This document shows positions 22,961 to 27,229 of a DNA stretch of 27,229 nucleotides, one piece after another (position 1 is the first letter of the stretch; each line of letters opens with the position of its first letter). Both the position numbers and the translations under genes were made by a program. Origin of the DNA: a virus (lineage: Duplodnaviria; Caudoviricetes). The notes under the pieces were generated by a model. That model was not told where the DNA came from and did not search any database. It was given only the letters and a program-made list of their open reading frames with translations. Location of the stretch: the IMG/VR virus record IMGVR_UViG_3300013114_000374, positions 1 through 27,229 of that record; one strand, given 5' to 3'.

Positions 22961-23415
22961 AGTATGTATTTGAAGAATTAAGTACCAGAGACATATTGGT
23001 AGGAGCTGCTATATTGATAGGGGCATACTTACACTTTGTAGAGGGAGTAATTTAGTGAACAAAATATTAATGGTTGTAGCCAGCATGGTTGCGGCCTCTT
23101 TACTTGCATTTGAGTTTTCCAGCTCTCTAGTAGAATGGAGTTTCTATATGTTTATACTATTTTTAGTAGCTACTTGCTACATAGTAGGGGAACAGAATGA
23201 CACTTGAAGAGTACATACATATGAATGAGAAACACGAAAAAGAACAGATAAAAATCTGGTATGGTGAGGATTCCACTGTTGGAAAAGAAAAGCTGGAAAC
23301 AATCAATACTGAGAAAAAGGTGAGGGCAGTATAAATGGAAGCTCTAGGTGGAGAATTCTTTTTGTTAGTAGCAATATGTGGAATTTTATATGGGTTATCT
23401 GACGATAATTCTTGA
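22957..23415 (+). CDS. Four coupled micro-ORFs (22957-23055, 23055-23207, 23197-23334, 23335-23415), three hydrophobic
   Basis: Each has an SD-like element and overlapping or abutting start/stop; translated by hand. Confidence 0.55.
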
Positions 23416-23440
23416 CATGAAAGCTAAAAGCCTGTATAAT
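23412..23440 (+). promoter_or_regulatory. Sigma70 promoter
   Basis: TTGACA-17-TATAAT. Confidence 0.85.
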
Positions 23441-23486
23441 ACTTACATCAAATAAAAATTTAACTAAAAATTTCGAGGAGAAATTT

Positions 23487-23729
23487 ATGACTGAAGCACA
23501 AGAAATTCAAGCGTTAAAAGACGAGTTAGCCGCATTGCGAGCTCAAAAGGAAGATAAACTTACTATCAAGATTGGTAATAAGCAAAATGTTGTGGTTGGT
23601 GGTAAAGCGCTAGGGCAACGATTTCCTGTGACGTTATATGCCCCGTCTTGGATTAAAGTATTAGATCAAGCTGAAGAGATTCGTCAGTTCATTGAAGATA
23701 ACAAAGACAGCCTTACTTGGGAACGGTAG
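23487..23729 (+). CDS. Small protein, possible PC4-like nucleic-acid-binding fold
   Basis: SD GAGGAG; coiled coil then LG.RFPVTLY..W..L....EIR.FI motif. Confidence 0.6.
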   Translation: MTEAQEIQALKDELAALRAQKEDKLTIKIGNKQNVVVGGKALGQRFPVTLYAPSWIKVLDQAEEIRQFIEDNKDSLTWER

Positions 23730-23914
23730 TGAGTAAAGAAATTATATGGCATTTTACCTGTAAAGACTGTAAAAACTGGTGGAGCTATGCTACTCAAGAA
23801 GAATGGAGTCCAAGAAGGCGCATGTGGTGTCCTCATTGTGGATGGAAGCATAGTAGTATTGAAATGTATGAACAAGGCAGAGAAAAACCAGAAATAGAAG
23901 GAACACCAGTATGA
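23729..23914 (+). CDS. Small zinc-ribbon protein
   Basis: CKDC...CPHC; GTG overlaps the upstream TAG. Confidence 0.7.
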   Translation: MSKEIIWHFTCKDCKNWWSYATQEEWSPRRRMWCPHCGWKHSSIEMYEQGREKPEIEGTPV

Positions 23915-24126
23915 GCATGTATACGGCTGTAAAAACCATAGCTAATTCAGTAGAGCTATCTAATCACAATAGATATATGATATACTTTGCTGGAGCTCTG
24001 GTAGATGAATACGAGTCTATTCAATCAACGGAAGGGTATTTCCTTACCGTGAGAAATAGAGAAAAAGCAAGAGATAAAGTCACTAAAGATATGGAGGATT
24101 TGGATGGACTGGGGCTGGAATTATAG
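23911..24126 (+). CDS. Hypothetical protein
   Basis: ATGA coupling, SD AAGGA. Confidence 0.6.
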   Translation: MSMYTAVKTIANSVELSNHNRYMIYFAGALVDEYESIQSTEGYFLTVRNREKARDKVTKDMEDLDGLGLEL

Positions 24127-24340
24127 AATAGTGAGAAAAAACAACGATAGATTTGGTGAAGAAACATATCAAATCCATGAGTGCTACTATTGGCCTGATC
24201 GAAGTGTTAGATTTGTTTCTTCCCGAGGCATTGACCCGTGGGGGGAATCCTTTGACGAGCTAAAAGAAAATATGCATCAAATGGCAGAAGCTTTTCATAA
24301 GCCTGTTATAGAATGGAGGGATGAGTGGAATGATGAGTAG
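24104..24340 (+). CDS. Hypothetical phage protein (WNYRI...IHECYY motif)
   Basis: SD GGAGG; motif WNYRIV..YQIHECYY..P.GESFDELK..AFHKPVI. Confidence 0.7.
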   Translation: MDWGWNYRIVRKNNDRFGEETYQIHECYYWPDRSVRFVSSRGIDPWGESFDELKENMHQMAEAFHKPVIEWRDEWNDE

Positions 24341-24543
24341 TTTAATGCTGTTTGTAATAGTAGTTCTAAGTATAACTGCATTTTTCTGGGCTACAGCTAC
24401 CAGAAAGGCTAAAGAAAAGGGTGCTGAACACTGGAGCATGAGTAATGAAACAACAAAAAGATAAGCTGGATTATTTTTGTGTTTGTATAACTATATTATT
24501 TATAGCTATGATTATACTAGCACCTGGAGGAGCACTGCATTGA
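24333..24543 (+). CDS. Two membrane micro-ORFs (24333-24464, 24445-24543)
   Basis: MSSLMLFVIVVLSITAFFWATATRK... and MKQQKDKLDYFCVCITILFIAMIILAPGGALH, overlapping neighbours. Confidence 0.5.
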
Positions 24544-24767
24544 GCACAACAGTTTATGTAGTTTTAAACGAGAAAAAAGTTATAGGGGTATATACCCAAT
24601 TTGTTTTTGCTCAGAAAATGGCAGAAGCGGGGTTTTCGGCCTCCGCCGAAACCGAAAACGGAACTAAAACAAGTAGAAAGCATATTATATATCCTGTTAA
24701 ATTAGATCAGTTAGATTTCCATCTCTTGCATAAAGGATGGTTTGAAACCTTTTTAGAAGGAGAATAA
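24540..24767 (+). CDS. Hypothetical protein
   Basis: TTG 24540 after SD GGAGGAG; VYVV..VIGVYT...A motif like 18750-19010. Confidence 0.6.
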   Translation: MSTTVYVVLNEKKVIGVYTQFVFAQKMAEAGFSASAETENGTKTSRKHIIYPVKLDQLDFHLLHKGWFETFLEGE

Positions 24768-24773
24768 AACATT

Positions 24774-25082
24774 ATGTACACAGAAGAAGAAGTAGAGTAT
24801 CTAATCGAAACCTATAGTAAAGCCACTGATAAACAAGAAATTTTATCAGATTTAAGTTCACAGCTGAATAAGACTAGAAGGTCTATAATTGGGAAGCTAT
24901 CCCGACTTGGTGTTTACCAGAAGAAGGTATACCTGACTAAAAGAGGGGAAAATCCTATTACTAAGCTGGAATTAGTGCATAAACTATCTATAGCTATGGA
25001 AATCCCGTTGGAGAAGTTATCTGGATTGGAGAAAGCCCCAAAAGAAGTTTTAAAAGAGATACTAATAAAAGCAACAACATAA
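24774..25082 (+). CDS. T5 A2/D3-like DNA-binding protein, copy 3
   Basis: YTEE...RSIIGKLSRLGVY...ITKLELV...LSGLEKAPK aligns with copies 1 and 2; SD AAGGAG. Confidence 0.65.
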   Translation: MYTEEEVEYLIETYSKATDKQEILSDLSSQLNKTRRSIIGKLSRLGVYQKKVYLTKRGENPITKLELVHKLSIAMEIPLEKLSGLEKAPKEVLKEILIKATT

Positions 25083-25119
25083 CAACAACATAACAACAAC
25101 ATAACAACAACATAACAAT
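25072..25119 (+). repeat. 11-bp tandem repeat (AACAACAACAT), about 4.4 copies
   Basis: Read directly across the 25082 stop codon. Confidence 0.92.
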
Positions 25120-25191
25120 AAGCTTGCTTGCTTTTGTGGTTATTTTCTTGCCTGCTTATGTTTATTTTGTTAAGCTAAAATTTGAGACATT

Positions 25192-25545
25192 ATGCTAGAA
25201 ATATTGTGTGTTGCTTTTGCAGTTTATTTTGAAGCCAGAGGCGAGCCAGCAGCGGGGCGGGACGCCGTTGCGTCCGTCGTTTGGAATAGAGTGGATCATC
25301 CCGAGTGGCCTAATAATGCTTGCTCCGTAGTGAGCCAGTTTAATCAGTTTGAAACATACCCCTTTGATATAGCTAAAATAACCGATGAAGATGCGTTTGT
25401 GGCTGCAATGGCCACCGCATCTTATACTGCCGATGAACCAACCGAGCACGTTTTATTTTTTGAATCCCACCCAACCAGTAAATTCCTAAACTATAAATAT
25501 CTATATACTATAGGAAATCACGATTTTTATACTCTAAAAGATTGA
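25192..25545 (+). CDS. SleB-like cell wall hydrolase (Hydrolase_2 family)
   Basis: AVYFEARGEP..G..AVASVVWNRV...WPNNACSVV.Q..QF, TIGNHDFY. Confidence 0.92.
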   Translation: MLEILCVAFAVYFEARGEPAAGRDAVASVVWNRVDHPEWPNNACSVVSQFNQFETYPFDIAKITDEDAFVAAMATASYTADEPTEHVLFFESHPTSKFLNYKYLYTIGNHDFYTLKD

Positions 25546-25632
25546 AAAACAAAGGATTAAGTCGGTTTTTGTCTTTTTGTATTTAAGCGCCCCCTCTATG
25601 AGCTAGAAGAAACTTTCCGCAGAACGTAAAAA

Positions 25633-25641
25633 TTATCCACA
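25633..25641 (+). promoter_or_regulatory. Consensus DnaA box
   Basis: TTATCCACA within a long intergenic region; single copy. Confidence 0.5.
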
Positions 25642-25733
25642 AGTCTTATTAGTATTGTTCCGGTTCACTTGAGCCCAGAAGGGTAATAATTGCCTTATTT
25701 AGCTTTAAATTTTTGTTTGTTTTTTGGGTAAAA

Positions 25734-26054
25734 TGATGCCCAGTTAATTAAATCGGGCATTAGTAGGTTTTCTTTGCAATGGGGCAATTGCCATTGCGCA
25801 ACCCGTGTAGACTTTAAACATGGATTACACAAGTGATTATCTTGCCCCGAGGCATGGTGCGTGGTCTACTGCATAAATTCGTTGCGTGTGCCTGTCGGGT
25901 GTTCCCACAACAACCCACTAACACCGCGCTCATTCCTATCGTCAGAGCGCGTGTTGTGTCTTGGTGAGAACAGCGACATCTTACGAATTGATGCACTAGT
26001 TGAAAAAAATTAGTGATCAGCTTGTTGCGCGGCTGCTCGTTGTTGTTAAAATTT
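25734..26054 (-). ncRNA. Putative structured non-coding RNA or origin-associated RNA
   Basis: Downstream of a consensus promoter, no credible ORF, GC-richer, chain of about 8 stem-loops; boundaries approximate. Confidence 0.55.
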
Positions 26055-26060
26055 ATAATA

Positions 26061-26089
26061 ATTATACACTACCGAGAGCAAAAAGTCAA
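26061..26089 (-). promoter_or_regulatory. Sigma70 promoter with no downstream ORF
   Basis: TTGACT-17-TATAAT. Confidence 0.8.
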
Positions 26090-26143
26090 GAATTGTTTTT
26101 GCCCAAGAGTAGAAAAAGTGGATTGAAATCCTTAATTTTTTTG

Positions 26144-26164
26144 AAAAAAAACCTCTTACGAGGC
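26144..26164 (-). terminator. Intrinsic terminator after the HNH gene
   Basis: - strand GCCTC-GTAA-GAGGT then T run. Confidence 0.75.
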
Positions 26165-26175
26165 TCTTTTCCCTT

Positions 26176-26943
26176 CTAACATACTTCATACCTATTACCT
26201 TTCTTTAAGTTTTCTTCTGCTGTTAAATATTGCAGATTAGTCTCAACATGTAGCCCCGAAACGAGCTCACCTTGTAGGGGTATTATATGGTCTACATGGT
26301 GACCTTCGGGACAACTTAAATATATCTCTCTAATAGCCTCTTCATCTGACCAAGATACGGTTCGTTGTAGCTTTGCTGCTCTATACTTAGCATTGCTTGC
26401 CTTATATTTTTCGGGGTTTTCTGCTCTATACTTAGCAAGGTATGCCTTAACCTTTTCAGTGTTTTCTTTATAATACTTAGCCTGTCTTGCTTTCACCTTT
26501 TCAGGGTTTTCTTTATAATACTTAGCCTGTCTTGCTTTCACCTTTTCAGGGTTTTCTTTATAATACTTAGCCTTGTATATAGCATTGCATTCTTTACACT
26601 GAGACCTCGTTCCCGATGGAGACCTTTTATCGGCCTGAAACTCTGATAGTTGTTTCACTTCTTTACACACTGTGCAGGGTCTAAAACCGAAAAAGAAATA
26701 CAATTTTAGCCCAAGCGGTGTCCTGCTTCTTCTCGGTAGTTCTGTATACGATTTCGTCCAGGTACCTACTGTATGTCGGTCAACCCCTAAGTGCTCTGCT
26801 ATAGCTTTTTGGCTTTCAAGCTCTATTGCCAGTTTGAAAAAGTCTACTGTAGTCATCTTGTGTTTAGAGGTTGTATATTCTCTTGACCAAGGGTAGCTTT
26901 CAATTAAATCATTTATATTTTTCATATTTTTCATATTTTTCAA
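26176..26943 (-). CDS. Free-standing HNH homing endonuclease with HTH, zinc finger and 15-aa repeats
   Basis: HTH SQKAIAEHLGVDRHTVGTW, CTVC..CKEC, KYYKENPEKVKARQA repeats, HVDHIIPL..GLH..NL....EEN..K.N; exact start uncertain (TTG 26943 or ATG 26934/26925). Confidence 0.92.
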   Translation of the reverse strand: MKNMKNMKNINDLIESYPWSREYTTSKHKMTTVDFFKLAIELESQKAIAEHLGVDRHTVGTWTKSYTELPRRSRTPLGLKLYFFFGFRPCTVCKEVKQLSEFQADKRSPSGTRSQCKECNAIYKAKYYKENPEKVKARQAKYYKENPEKVKARQAKYYKENTEKVKAYLAKYRAENPEKYKASNAKYRAAKLQRTVSWSDEEAIREIYLSCPEGHHVDHIIPLQGELVSGLHVETNLQYLTAEENLKKGNRYEVC

Positions 26944-26956
26944 CTTTTGAGACTAT

Positions 26957-26985
26957 ATTATACGAGATTTGAGCAGAAATGTCAA
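26957..26985 (-). promoter_or_regulatory. Sigma70 promoter for the HNH gene
   Basis: TTGACA-17-TATAAT. Confidence 0.82.
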
Positions 26986-27009
26986 GAAGTATTTTTTTGT
27001 TTAGGTCAT

Positions 27010-27031
27010 AAAAAAGCCCCTAGCGGGGCTT
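27010..27031 (-). terminator. Intrinsic terminator
   Basis: - strand AAGCCCC-GCTA-GGGGCTT-TTTT. Confidence 0.85.
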
Positions 27032-27038
27032 GTTGGAC

Positions 27039-27203
27039 TTATGATTTCCAGAATTTCCGAAACTTAATACCCGCTATTAAAAATAGCCATGCTATACATA
27101 CAACAAATGTCTCATCGCTCCAAGAAGTAATAGACACACAAGGCGTCAAATAAATTTCTTTCGATGCTTTGTAGCAGTTATCCCACTCCGTCCCTTCGTA
27201 CAT
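27039..27203 (-). CDS. 54-aa hypothetical protein (absent from the ORF track)
   Basis: SD AAGGAG; MYEGTEWDNCYKASKEIYLTPCVSITSWSDETFVVCIAWLFLIAGIKFRKFWKS; followed by terminator. Confidence 0.7.
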   Translation of the reverse strand: MYEGTEWDNCYKASKEIYLTPCVSITSWSDETFVVCIAWLFLIAGIKFRKFWKS

Positions 27204-27229
27204 AAATTCTCCTTATATTTTTATTAATA

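Noticed and set aside
25814-25996. 60-aa minus-strand ORF in the structured region
   Set aside because: No SD, atypical composition, coincides with hairpins; RNA structure explains it better.
26672-27153. Plus-strand ORFs 26672-26896 and 26947-27153
   Set aside because: Antisense to the HNH, or spanning its promoter, a terminator and a better-supported - strand ORF.

Overview
Segment of a lytic T5-like siphophage (Demerecviridae-type gene order), AT-rich, probably infecting an aquatic proteobacterium (inference). 1-15048 (- strand) is the late morphogenesis block: start of the tape measure, tail chaperones, tail tube and completion proteins, a prohead protease fused in-frame to the major capsid protein, portal, nicking HNH, terminases and three paralogous tail-tip proteins. 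A stand-alone urea ABC substrate-binding gene (urtA) follows, apparently starting at an ATC codon. At about 16.5 kb the strand switches to a compact pre-early-like module (A2-like proteins, SemiSWEET-like membrane protein, DEDDh exonuclease, nucleoside deoxyribosyltransferase-like enzyme). It ends in a palindrome/repeat-rich non-coding region resembling the T5 injection-stop signal, with three ORF-less leftward promoters. An RNA cluster holds a circularly permuted two-piece tmRNA, tRNA-Gly/Tyr/Asp, an atypical tRNA with an 8-nt anticodon loop and long spacer hairpins. The rest carries iscA, many small membrane ORFs, a SleB-type hydrolase, a promoter-driven structured ORF-free region with a DnaA box, and a repeat-containing HNH endonuclease. 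All family calls come from motif recognition and synteny; no database search was run.
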